Part shown: positions 26,207 through 39,286 of the stretch, piece by piece
Numbering within the stretch: position 1 is the stretch's first letter
Layout of the letters: each line of letters opens with the position of its first letter
NCBI GenBank assembly: GCA_028534125.1
Contig: CM052816.1
Span: 11,224,001 to 11,288,000, forward strand
DNA: 64,000 nt
Source: Lama glama
Taxonomy: Eukaryota
Reading direction: 5' to 3'
Notes under the pieces: model-generated
What the model was told of the DNA's origin: nothing
Databases searched by the model: none
The model's input: the letters and a program-made list of their open reading frames with translations, nothing else
Made by a program: the position numbers and the translations under genes

Positions 26207-27589
26207 CTACAGAGGAAAGAATAGGAGGGCAGCTGGGACTGAGTCACAAGCTTCTCTTAAGTAATGACCTACTTCCTGAGACTTGAACCAAGAACAAGGA
26301 AGGTACACCAATGAGAACATACTCGAGAAAGATGTTACTAAGATTCTTTTTAACTCAAGAAACAGACATGCAACTGGTTAAGATGCACTGAGGTATAAAG
26401 AGAGAGTAAGAACTAAGCAGTATGATTGTATAATCTCCATTTTGTAATACTCTTAAGTGGAATAACTATGTGCTGATTTTACTCAAAACTGAACAATCAA
26501 CCATATCAAATTATTAGACAAAGGAGCACTGAGCTATCATTCACGCAGACTTTTGTATCCAATGAGACATGTGGTTATGAAGGCTGTCACACCCATTTGA
26601 AAAATAAATAAAAATACTCCTCCCTGAACTCATATATTTCAGGTATGCACAAAATATACTTCTATATCTGGGAGTGGAAAAAAGAACAATACAGGAACTT
26701 AAAAAAAAAAAAAACCAAAAACCACCACAAGCACATCTTCACAGAGAATAAGACATGTTCAAAAGAAAAAAAGTAAACAAGACAGCAAAAATTTGTTACC
26801 CTCTCAGCAGGTGGATAACACAGAAAAAGAAAAAAAGGACAAAAACAGATAAGGAGACCAGTCACTGTCCTTATGAAATTACCTCAGATACTAAGAACCA
26901 CTTCTGGAAAGAAAGCACATTTGGAGTCTATATACATTTATATAAAAATGTCAGAAACAATGAGGCCATGTTTCATAGAAAAAGATTTTAAAAGACAAGG
27001 TATCAAGGAGCAAAACCATCCTCTGGTTGGCTATTTAATAATACCTTTTTCACTGACTACCTCATATGAGACCTATTTTAAAGATTTACTCAATATTTTA
27101 TATCTAAAGTCAGACACTTCACTACATGGCACAAGACAAAATTTAATTTTTTTACACCTGATTAAATGTCTTTATAAAGTTGTAACATTCCAGAAGACTT
27201 CTAATACACCTTAATAAGACAAGTCACAAAGCAACCACTTGATTTCACAGTAAATGGAGAGAAGAAATAGATGTGCTAAACCTTATTACCCTTCTCTTCC
27301 TATATAAGGAGCAGAAAAGGAGGTGGCAAATCTTACTGATTAAGGAGACCATATGCTTAGCACCAATCCTTTCAAAATTTACATAAACAATTTAACTTAT
27401 CCTCAAAGATCTGGAAAGAGTTGTAAACATGAGCTACTGCAGAAAATTTCTTGCAAAATGAAGTAGTGTTCTAAACAGAAAAATGTGAAGTACAATCTCA
27501 GTTCATGTATGATTGGTTTAAATTTATGATACAGCACTCAATGTACCACATGTATTTAATTGTCTCAAAAAAATTAGAAACTAAAAGGC

Positions 27590-29040
27590 TGGTTTATACA
27601 ATGTTTTTTTAAAACGAATGACGAAGAACATGGTTTCAGACACTTCAGAAAGATGGCTGTTTATTCAAATGAAGCCTAATTTTCTTCAACAACACCTATT
27701 CAGGTCTCTAAATACTGTATCAAAAATGGTTCCTTAGATAAAAAGCTGATTACAAGTCTGGGCAGAAAATTTGTAAGATGAGCCTGGTACACCTTGGTAC
27801 ACCTTGTCCTTCCAAAAGCAAGACAACTATCAAACACTAGCATGTCAAAAACAAAATAAAACCACCTGCAGAAACCAACATGAAGAGGTTCCCAATGGTC
27901 AAAGATGAGACAATTTGAACTTCAAAAAGGGCCACAATGGGATGAAACAAACCAAACATTAAAAATCCACAAGTTCATAATGATACTTTAAAAAAATTCA
28001 GTAGTCCCCCTTTGCAAGATACTAGAAAACCAACCCATTTTCTGAAAACTGATAAATTAAAGGACATAAAGCACTTATCCTGTCTTTCCTATAAAAAGTG
28101 CGTTTCAGGTTAACCAAATGGTTAACACTGCCAAGTTGTACTGTCTAGAACGACAGCCAATAAACAAAGAAGAAATCATAGAATTAGAATACCATACTTC
28201 AGTAAGCTCAAATGAAACAAGAGATCCAGGCAGGGATCACAAATGACCACCAGCAACTTCTTAAATGGATGGATCAGGATGAAAACACCTGTACATACTG
28301 GTCAATGTTTGTAACACAGAAAGGAGAGAAATTGATACCATGTACATCATGATATACTGCAGTAGGAAATACATAATCCCATCGATAAAATATTCATTCA
28401 AAATAAGGGGAAAACATGTGAGCCTAATTAAGTATCTAGATCTAAACCTCCAACTTACAGGAGATACAAGGGACAGAGGAATGTGTTAAATGACACCAAG
28501 AGATGCAATGCGCCAAGTCCAGAATGTGGAAAAATTCTTTAGGACAAACAATCTGCTTCTTCACCAAATAAATGTCAAGGAGGGGGAAAAAAAAAAGAGG
28601 TAAGAGAAATGGTTACCAATTTGAAAACTTATGGAACATACCAACTAAATGTAATGTGAAACTTTGTTTGCATCTAGCTTCAAAGGAACTGGCTATAAAG
28701 GAACACCTATAATATAACTGGGAATTATGAACACTGACTGGGTATGTGACAATAGTAATAAACTGTTATAAATATTCTGGGACTGTGATAAAGTATAGCA
28801 ATTGTGTGCATGTGTGTTTAAACCTTATCTCTTAGAGATACATAATAAAGATTTTACAGATGAAATGTTTATGTTTGGGACTTGTTCTAAAACAATAAAG
28901 TCAGAGGTGAGTTACAGACGAAGCAAGACTAATCATATGTTGATAAATGTTGAAGCTAGTAAATGAGTAATGAAGATTACTACAGTATTCAAAGCTCCTC
29001 TTGTGTACACTTGAAATTTGCCATAATAAAGTTTTTAAAA
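27590..29040 (+). mobile_element. Degraded old L1 3' region (L1MC-like)
   Basis: gtatcaaaatggttcctt...caactaaatgtaatgtg...ttgaaatttgccataataaag. Confidence 0.55.
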
Positions 29041-30074
29041 ACCAAATTGGTTACAATAACGGTGAAGATAAGCCAGCCACAATTTAAATTCACTCAATTT
29101 AGTTTTTATCAGTGTAGAGTGACTGAGTAATTTCGAACTGCAAACAACCCAAGTTCACACACCTATCTTAAGTCATTCATGTATCTTACATGCCTGATAG
29201 CAACATTTTCACATTCTTAATGTTAACTCTAATCAGTTGAGGATAGTCATCAAACTAAAATTTTAGCTACTCTTTGTATTTTTCCTGATTTTTTGTCTCT
29301 AATAGTATTAACAAGAAAAAGAAAAAAAAAACATAAGATGAGTTTTAAACTAAAAGCTCAATTAGAAAAAAATAAAAAGCTATACCTTTCAATTATTGAC
29401 CATATTTATCATGTGTCTTCCCTATTAGAACCCAAGGTCCCTGGCACATCTTCTGAAATTCCAGGGCCTAAACAGTGTCTGGCACATAGTAGGAACTCAA
29501 TACTTAAGGAAGGGATTAAAGTTTATTTACTAAAAGTATACCAATGACAATTAAGTATTTTTTTGGATGAATATCTTTATTTGATATTCATCAGGCATTA
29601 TTTAAAATGGGCAATATGACAACTAATGCAAAACAAGTCCAAGTAACACACGAGGGGAGAAAAACTCTAGACAATATACAATGACTCTATCGGAGACTGA
29701 CTTTTCTAGACATCAAAATCCATGACTGTGCACAAAAGAAAATGTTATATGCAGTCCACAGAATTAAATGAGGAATCTCAAGTTTAAGAATACAGTGTTT
29801 TAACAATGTTACATAGCAGTAATAGGAAATGCGTTTCCTGAAAGAGAATTTATGTAAATTCATTTTAAGATTGACAACTGCCTTCAACCCAAGAATCAGT
29901 CTTCTAGAATCTAGAATGTTGTATTTCACTATTACTTTTTCACATACCCAGTACAATGAGCTTAGCAGTTGTAAAATATTTCTATTATAACTTCTTCAAA
30001 GCAGCGTAAGAAACAGACCAAATTTAAGGCAGAAAATGGAGTATACTTAAAAATGATTCTGTCCTGTGAAAACT

Positions 30075-30103
30075 AAAAAAAACAAACAAACAAACAAACA
30101 AAA
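30075..30103. repeat. (AAAC)n tract; U/GU-rich on the sense strand
   Basis: aaaaaaaacaaacaaacaaacaaacaaaa. Confidence 0.8.
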
Positions 30104-33084
30104 CCTAAAAAACAAAATCCACACCCCAAATCCCAAACTCAAAACCATATACTGAATTAGTGACTTCAAATTTGGGTAAAATGTTTAAGTACTTCCAAGG
30201 AAATGGTTTTAATAGGTGTCTTTCTGTACAATTCAAACTACATTTTATTATTTATGTCCTTTTTAGAGTATGTGACATTTTAACTCAACAAAATTAAATT
30301 TTCAGAGTTTTTTCTAAGTTGTAGCCATTTGACATTAACTTTCAAATAGTATTACCGGGAGCCACATACATCCTACTCAGTTTTACAATGGGATAATTCT
30401 TTTTCTTCTTTTAACATTCAATTGTCCTCTTCCAAAGCAAGTAATAATTACAGACTGGATGAAGGTTTCATTTTGGGCAGAATTAGTTCCTTTGTTACTT
30501 GTGTTTCTGAGGTATTCTATTCATTTAGTTTTAAAAGCAAAATACATTGTTTGGTTTTTTTAGGATTTTTTAAAATATTGCTTTCCCACTATGAGATTTT
30601 TAGTCTCTTGGGGGAAAAAAATCATTTCTTATACATCTGTATATTCCCAGTACCCAACACTGAGCAGAGTCCTATTCTTACCACCAGAAATCGATTTCAT
30701 TTTTCTATGTTTGAGTCTCTAATGACATAATTTTCACAACTAAATACTATTTGATATGCTGTTCTCTACTTACATTTTCTATCCTGTGAATTTTAATAAT
30801 CATTTTAATGACAAAAACCCTGAAATTTAAAGTTTCCCAACTTTGTTAAATTTTCCAAGGATAGCCCAAGTTCTCTTATTATGTTGAAAACATACGTATC
30901 ACTTTTTTAATTTTTTGAACTGAAACAAGTTTTAATTTTTTTGAAATTATCAATTACAGCACTTAAAAAGTAAACTTGAACAATCTGATAAATTCAACTT
31001 ATCTGTCTTAAAGGCAATAAAAAAACAAACTATTTTTAAGTCAACTGAATAGAAAGATATAAAAAATTTATAACAAATTACACTACAACAAAAATTTTTT
31101 TAATGTTTAGATTATCAGGAACTCTATCTTAGGTTTTTAAATTTCTCTTTAAATTTTAGAATTAAATTCTAACTTTTAAGGAAGAAAGTAGTTTGCATAG
31201 CAGAGTTTTAAACTGTCCAATATTGAATATTCTGTAACTTTTAAAATACTCAAGTCGCCAACCAACTAAACCTTTTTATAAACACTGACACAGCATGTAA
31301 GGTTATCCTAAAGCAGTAATTCACAGTGCCAAAAGGAAGTTATTGCCTTTTACTGGTCTCAGACAAAATGGGGAAAAAAATGTAACTAATATTTCATAAA
31401 GCCAAATTTAAAAGGATTGTCCTTTATTCTGCTACTGTCTTACTTTGGTATAAAAATGTTATCTTTAAAACTGAAATATTAGATGTCTTCATATACAGTC
31501 CTTAATGTGGCAAAATAAGAAGTTGAAAACTGTAATTGTCCCCCAAATATTCTTAGAAACGTTACCAACCTCTGAAAGACAGAAGTTTGAAACTTTCTTT
31601 CTAAATGGCCTTTAATAATATTCCTAAAATAGTCTGGCTTTAAAAACTAATAGAAAAATCATCTTCAAGTTACACAAAGTCAGACAACTTGTTTGTCTTG
31701 GCTCCCTAGTGGGGAGTACAATGGCTGGCACATGGTAGTCATTGAAAAAATAACCGCTGAATTAATGAATATTAAGCCAAGTCATGAAATAAATGTCAGG
31801 TTTTTTAAATCAAAATCAAAATGGACTTTTTACTGAGTCACAATGTTAAATTTAACAACATTAAAATAAATGGTAATTACCAGATCTTTTAATAGATTAA
31901 AAACAAAATGAAACTTTTACCGTGAGTCATGATGCTAAATTTAACAATATGAACATGTGTCATCTGCAAGATTCTCAGATAAATAACCCATTTTTCATAT
32001 TTATAAGTCCATTTATCATATTTATTAAGAAATAATGTTAAGAGCTGACTCAGTGGGGAATAGATGAAACAAGATTGGCAAATGTTAAAGGTGGATGATG
32101 GGAACATGGGAGTTTGTTATACTATCTACCTTCTTTATTTTTATATATGTTTGAAATTCCCCATAATTAAAAAAAATGAGAGAAGCAATAAAACAAATAT
32201 GCATTGTAACAAGACACTATAGTAATTAGAGGACTGTGAGATACAAAAAGTGGAACAGGATGGACAATTACTTTAGTATCAGATTTGGTTTCTGTTCTGA
32301 AGCAGCACAGCTGAACATAAGATTTATATACATGAAAAGAAATCCAATAGTATGCCTATGTATAGCTATATGCCACCATGTAATAAAAGCTTTTTGGTAT
32401 TGTAGGAGTTCAGAACAGACCAATAATGTTCTCCATATATTTAGAAGATTTGGGCCTTGCAAAATAGCAGAGAGAGCATATTACTAGAAATGAATACAGG
32501 AAAAGAAAGCTGAATCATGACAGGGGCACAGACAGGGTATAACTGGCCTGACCAGAGAAAACGCCCATGGAGATGCAGTGAAAAAAGATTACCAAGAAGT
32601 GAGGAATAGACTATAGAGAGAGTTAGAAGCCATACAAAGGGGTTCATCTATGGTTTAGGAGGAAACACTGGCTACTGAAGAGTTCTCATGAGGAACCGTC
32701 ATCGCGGGTTTTCTCAGGAAAGCTAGCTTAGCAGCAGTTATGTGGTGTGACTCGGGGCGGGGGTGGAGGGGAGTGAAATGTAATGGAATCAGGAAGATTG
32801 TAGCAATAATTCAAAATGTGAAGTGATTCAAGTGTAGATGCAGTCATAGTAGGAACAGAGAGAAAGAGATACTTCAAAGAAAAGGGGGAAGGATTTTTGA
32901 TTAACTAGATAGAAAAAAGCAAAGCAATGAGTCATTTATGTCAAGGTTTCAATTCTAGGTAGTTAGGTGGGTGTTAGTTCCATTAACAAAGAAAGACAAG
33001 GACTGTGGAGGTAGTAAAGACTTACGGAGAAGGTAATAGGCTTGATTTCAGAGAGGTTGAAATTTATGGACAATAATAACTGTA

Positions 33085-33330
33085 AAATTATAATAACTAA
33101 TCTTCACAAAGAGCTTACTAGATGTCAGATACTGCTCTAGATGCTTTATACGTATTAATCCCCTTCTTCCTCAAAACAATCTTAATGAGGTGAGTAATGT
33201 TGTTGTTATTTCTATTTTACAGCAGAGGAAACTAGTATACAAAGAGGTTAAGTAACTTGCCTAAGGTCACAATGATGTAAGTGATGGAACCAGAACTTAA
33301 ACCTGGGCTTACTTACTTTGCTGTGTTGCC
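33085..33330 (-). mobile_element. MIR SINE
   Basis: attttacagcagaggaaact...agaggttaagtaacttgcctaaggtcac. Confidence 0.65.
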
Positions 33331-34034
33331 TCTCCAAATCACAAATGAGATGAAGACATGATTATGATAGACACAGTTTACAAAAAGATGAATTTACCTA
33401 TGAAGTTACCTAGCTCTATAAAGAAAATTTCACAGTCTGACAGTTTTAATAATAAACTACCTTATCTTTGTTTTTGGAAAAAGGAATTTTTTTTAAGCCT
33501 TAGTAAACTAACAACAACAATAAAAAACACTTACTAAATAAAAGAAAATTAGGATTCACAAAAAAATATTATTACAGTTAAACATAAATGTTCCATAATA
33601 GCCTAACCACTAAATACTACAGTTTAAATGGTGCTATTCTCACTCCAGCATTACAAGTTAAGTAATTATTAGGCGTATTTTATCCGACCCTTTGTATACT
33701 CTTAGGAGATAAGCCTTGTGTTTTGGCAATTCAATCAGAGGAACAATTTTTGAACAGAAGCTTCAAAATAAAATTCCTTTGTAAGAGACCAAATGTTGCT
33801 ATTCTACAGCACAGCAGACTTCTCCAATACAGAAGGCCTCACCCTTCTCTCCCATTATCTCACAAAATTAAAAGCTACGTAATATAGCACAGCCACACAG
33901 TAAACTACCTTCTGAATACAAATATAATTTTCATATAGCGAAGTCCACAAAAATGGAAATTTAAAGTATAAAACTATTATGAGAAAACCTGGCTTTTTCA
34001 TACCCTAGCAATGTTAAATCAAACATTTACTCAC

Positions 34035-34169
34035 GTTCTGACACTGTATAAAGGAGGTTCTGGGGTAAAGGAGGAGGTAGTCTTGCTCCCACCGGTGCAA
34101 GATTGGGCACTGCACTTGTCCCAGGCTGGTCACGGTTGTTTATCAAGCTTGACTGTGTTATGGGCGGTC
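34035..34169 (-). CDS. RBM27: RBM27 exon 8 (135 nt)
   Basis: RPPITQSSLINNRDQPGTSAVPNLAPVGARLPPPLPQNLLYTVSE; donor AC|GTGAGT. Confidence 0.94.
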
Positions 34170-35577
34170 CTGCAGGCAACAAAAAGTAAAAAGTAGAGAG
34201 TATTAATGTTTCCTAAATAACAAAAGTACTCACTATACTCAGTACTAATTTGGATATTCACACTTAAAATTCCTACTTTGGTGTAGACAGAATTAAGGAA
34301 TTTGATATGTACAGGCTTAAACACTGAGTCGCATAATTAATTAAAATGATATTTCAGTTCTATAACAGACAAGAAACTAATTTTGGGTGGAAAAAAATGG
34401 CAGAACTAGTTGCCTCTGAAGGGTGGAGGTGGAAAATGGCTGGCAAGGGACTTGAACAAACTTTCTGAGGTGATGGTAAAGCTCTACAGAACTCTTAATG
34501 ATAAACATGTTTATGTGTACTGATGTCTACAACATACTGTGAAACGAATCAAAATTAAAAATGGAGAGATGGAAAGATATGTGATAATATAAATATAGTA
34601 AAATGTTAATTGTAGAACTTAAATGGTGAGTATTTCTATTTGCTTGAAATTTTTCGTAGCAAAATGTTGAAGGGAAATGACATTTTTGGATTCAACTTCT
34701 AAACAGGTATGTTCCCATACTGAGATAAGAATTTTTATTGTGAGACTGTCTATACCTCAAAGATGCCTTTTTATCTAGGAAACAAAATCTCAACCTGAAC
34801 TTCACAATTGTACCATTTATGTGACAATATTCACAAACACTGTTAGAAGAACTATATTCCTACTGACCAAATCTACACATTAAATGTCTCCAAATCTTTA
34901 TCAACTTTAATGAAAGGTGCGCTATAAAGAACGTTAATGCAGGAAAGCCATGTGATGGGTACACAAAATCATGCTAAACTATTTTTGCAATTTCTTGTGA
35001 GTCTATAAAAATTTTTTAAATTAAAAGTTAAAAAAGAAGAAAATGCAGGTGGCTCCATGACACAATGCATAGTGCATTGGACTTCTATAAAAGAAGAAAA
35101 TTCAAAAAGTACCACTTAAAATGCATGGCATTTTAAAAAATAACTTGCCAACTCTTAATGTTTTAAATGTCTTCAAGTAGATATTTTCCTGTATCTTTGT
35201 ACACGTTAACTCTTTGCCCCAGAATTTTTTCAGTTACATTTAAAACATTTTACTCTTCTGTTTCTGCCAAACCTGAAACTAAGGTTTTTTAAATGATTAT
35301 TTTTAAACATTTCTTACTCTTAGTTTTGGTGGATGTGATAATAGCATATTGATTTTTTTTTTAAGTCCATATCATTAAAGAGATTCGTATTTAAGTACAT
35401 AGTGGTGAAATGACATGACATTTGAAATTTATCTCAGGAAAAAAAATCCAAAAAAAGTGTGTGCGGAGGGAGGGGGACAAAAAAGACAAAAACAGCTAAA
35501 TAATAACCACTGAAGTTGGATGATGGTACCTGGTATACCATTAATTCACATTTGTGTATATTTTTAAACTTCTAAAG

Positions 35578-35918
35578 AGGGGAGGAGGAATTGTACAAAG
35601 GCAATCCAAAGATACAAACTTTCAGTTGTAAGACAAATAAATACTAGAGCTGCAATGTACAACATAATAAATAGAATTAACACTGCTGTATATTACATAT
35701 GAAAGGTATTAATAAAGTAAATTCTAAGAGTTCTCATCACAAGAAAAAATTTTTTTTCTATTTCTTTTATTTTGTACCTATATGAGATGATGAATGTTTA
35801 CTAATTGCAATAATCACTTCATAATGTATGCAAGTCAAATCATTATGCTGTATACCTTAAACTTACACAGTGCTGTACCTTAATTACACAGCAATAAAAG
35901 TGGAAGAAAAAAAGAAAA
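35578..35918 (+). mobile_element. L1 3' end (L1MA9-like)
   Basis: gatacaaactttcagttgtaag...agagttctcatcacaagaaaaa...tgtataccttaaacttacaca...aataaa plus A-rich tail. Confidence 0.7.
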
Positions 35919-36308
35919 TATCCATAATAAAATATTTTAAAGATTATTTCAATATTCCCCACAAGATTTTCTTTAAAGTCTGGGAAATTTCACTAAACTA
36001 CTGGTATGCTCTTTTTCCTGACATCTTCAAAACATTGGCTTTCTAAGATGCTATCAACTAGCAAGATTTTGACTCCAGATCAATATAGATTAGACCATAA
36101 CAGAGAAAATTCACATTTGGAGGTATTACAGATAATGCAATGCAACACCAGATAGAAAAAAGGAAAGAACAGCATCTTAATTATGGGAATATATCCCAAA
36201 TTCTATTAATAATTTATTTTCAAAAATAAAATCGTGTCAAGTTAGCTAAAAGGGATGGATTCTCCTAACTATAATCCTTCACTAAAGAAATATTCAACAT
36301 ATACTTAC

Positions 36309-36602
36309 TTGGTATGGGAAGCACAACAGAAGGTGGAGGCTGGCCATGTCCTTGGGGAACAGGAAGTCTCATACTGTGGCCAGGGCCTGGACCTGGGCCT
36401 GGGCCTGGGCCTGGGCCTGGACCAGGGCCTGGACCAGGGCCTGGCATTGGAGGCATTAACATTCCAGGAGGTGGCGGAGGAGGAAGCCCAGGAGGAGGTG
36501 GAGGGAAAGGAATCATGCTTGGTAGGGCAACTTCATCAACAACCAGGGGATCATTTCCATGATCAAACTGACAAAGGTCACCAAGTACACAAAATCCTCT
36601 TT
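36309..36602 (-). CDS. RBM27: RBM27 exon 7 (294 nt), CCCH finger end plus Pro-rich/(PG)11 region
   Basis: ERGFCVLGDLCQFDHG completes C-x8-C-x5-C-x3-H; PPPPPGLPPPPPPG; donor A|GTAAGT. Confidence 0.96.
36379..36444 (-). repeat. Coding hexamer repeat encoding (Pro-Gly)11
   Basis: 66 nt of CCW-GGY units (CCAGGC/CCTGGT/CCAGGT variants). Confidence 0.95.
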
Positions 36603-38080
36603 CTGTAAGAATAAAAGATAAATAATGTTATGACCTACCCAGAGATCAGAAAACAAACAAGTCTCTGAAACACCCACCCATCTGATTCATGTGTTTTTTC
36701 TTCAACGAGTCTAAAGCCCTCTCAGTGTTACTCTGTTCATCATCACACACACTGAGGTAGGGGCAGGTATACTCTCTACTTTCCATATTGTGAGACTGTA
36801 TTTTGAGACAGTAAATAGCAGGGTCAAAACAGGCTACCAACCAGTAGATTATCAGGTTAATCTATTTGCTACTGAGTTTTTGTAATAAAATTTCAGGTAT
36901 TTTAAGTAACAATTTAATAAAGGTGTGGGGGATAAGGAACTTGAACTAGATTATCTAACTTCAACTATTTTCATGGTATTATTCCAAAGCAACCATTTCT
37001 GCTGTATCTATAAGTTAAACTTTAGTTTAAAATATTCAAATGAGCATTATGTACCAGGTTATTCACTGTAGCACTGTTTGTAACAGCAAAAAACGTGGAA
37101 TGCCCCAAAAGTGCCATCAATAAGAAATAGCTTTGAACACATTTTTGTACATACAGAATACTAAGAAGCATAAAACGATAGTGAGGAAGCTCTTTGTATA
37201 TTTACATAGAATGACTGCCAGGAAATATTGCTAAGTAAAAAAACATTGTGCAAAAGAGTATAAATAGTATATAGCATACTAGAATATATGTTAAAAAGAA
37301 AGTAGGGGAGAATATATGTTTATATAAGTATGCACAGACTATGTCTGGAAAGACACAAGAAATTGACAGCATTAAATTGGTCTTGAGAGATCTTAAGGGC
37401 AGGGAAGACCGGGGTGAGAGAGAGTTTAATGCTTGAATTATGTGATTCTATTCCCTACTTAAAAAATAAATAAAATGTAAAAATATATACATTCTATGTT
37501 TTAAAAAAAATGTTATAATGTCTGTGATTTGCTTTAAGTAACACAGGCCAAAGAAAAGGCCAGAGAAAAGCTGTAGAAATATACACCAAAACAAGACTGT
37601 CCATGAGCTGACAACTGTTGATGAGATCACGGATACACTAGGGTTCACTATATTTTGTCAACTTTTATAAATATTTAAATATTTCCATAATAAAAATTAA
37701 AATACATACACACACCGATTCATTCTTGCAAATGGAAAGTTAGCAAATTAAAATTGTAAATAGGTTATACATGCTTAACAAATTCCCAGCATCAAACACC
37801 ACACAAAAAAATGACAATTCCTAGAGTCTACCGAATTTTGTGGTATTCTTAGAGTGTCAGAAGTAATAAGAACAAAAAACAAACTGAAGGGTCAGGTTTG
37901 AACATATTCTGTTAACAAGAGCCAAACTATTACACAAATGAGTAAAGAAGCACATGCCAAAAGAGTTTCTCCTCATTCATCCCTTTTAATCAAATACAGG
38001 CTGCAATGGAAAGGTATGCAGTATCAGCAACATTTGCCTTACTAGTGCTTTTGGGTACAATATAAAAGAGAATTTTTTAC

Positions 38081-38341
38081 CATCATAATCTCTGCATCGC
38101 CTCTTTGGTGGTGGGTTTCGACCAAAAGAATTGGAAGAGCTATGATTATTATAGTAATTAGACCAACTCTCCGTTGTGTTTTCAGAGTGGTGCGCAGGTG
38201 CGATCACAGTAACAGTGCTGGGAATAGACTGTGCCCCAGAGGAATACTGCTCAGAAGAGTTCGGAGGTGGCGCAGACACAGGCACATAGGAACTCTCCAA
38301 GTCATTCCTTTCACTCTTAAACTTTGATCTTTCCCTGTGCT
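38081..38341 (-). CDS. RBM27: RBM27 exon 6 (261 nt), start of CCCH zinc finger
   Basis: EHRERSKFKSERND...PPKRRCRDYD; tandem AAGCAG acceptor. Confidence 0.95.
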
Positions 38342-39092
38342 CTGCTTTAGAGACAAAACAAAAACAAGAGACAAATAAGATCAATATCTACGTTCTTAAA
38401 CTCTGTTTATTTTCTCACTTGCAGAAAAGGAAAGATGAGAATATTAAATTCAACTTACTGAGCTGTCCATATTTCAAAGTACTCTCATTATTAACATAGC
38501 CCAAAACCAGGAACATCAACAATGTGACATATCTTGACCAATAACTTCTGTAAAACCATCTTTTATAACATCAACATCAATACATAATGAAGAAAGACCG
38601 GCTTCTCTACTGATACTACGAATGCTATCCAAGAACTGACTTCCAAACTGACATCCTAAGAGATCAGTGGCTGGGGTCACAGTAATCTACTTAAATTTTT
38701 TTCTTTTTAATTTTAAAAACTCTAGGCAACCTTAAATCAGATCTGGGGGGAAGGAGAGGCAGTTGGGCTGGGGAAGGCAATCCTCTTCCTCCAGTGATAG
38801 CTTTGTTGATTAAAGGACATTTGTTTCAATTACACAAAATGACCTAAGTCTAGACATGAAGTATGATATGCTTATGAATAGCATCTTTTGGTCAAACTCC
38901 TTCAACTCCATCCTGTGAATAGTGCCCTGTCTTTGTAATAAAATCAATATTAAGTTTTTTGAGACAATTCCAGATTTTACATTGCTCAGATATATTAAAG
39001 GTACACTTACCTTTAAGGGAATTTCTGGTATCCTTGTGATATGGGAAGATAAACAACTGCATAGTTTTTAGGGGGACGCCTCATCTACTCAC

Positions 39093-39286
39093 CAACATTC
39101 CTATTTGGATCTTGGTCTTTGCTGCGCCCTCGGCTTCGACTCCGACTTCGACTCAGACCTCGGCTCTTACTCCGGCTCTTACTCCTGCCTCTTCTCCAGT
39201 CATACTTCTCACGGTACAATTCATTCCTCTCATAGTACCGGTCATAGTCTCTCCACTTGCCATCTTCTCTTTTTTTCTCACGTGTC
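39093..39286 (-). CDS. RBM27: RBM27 exon 5 (194 nt), RS-rich region
   Basis: TREKKREDGKWRDYDRYY...RGRSKSRSKSRGLSRSRSRSRGRSKDQDPNRNV; donor G|GTGAGT. Confidence 0.96.

Noticed and set aside
33837..33846. Alternative donor AGG|GTGAGG 192 nt below exon 8 (extension would contain a stop)
   Set aside because: Single motif with no other support; expected by chance
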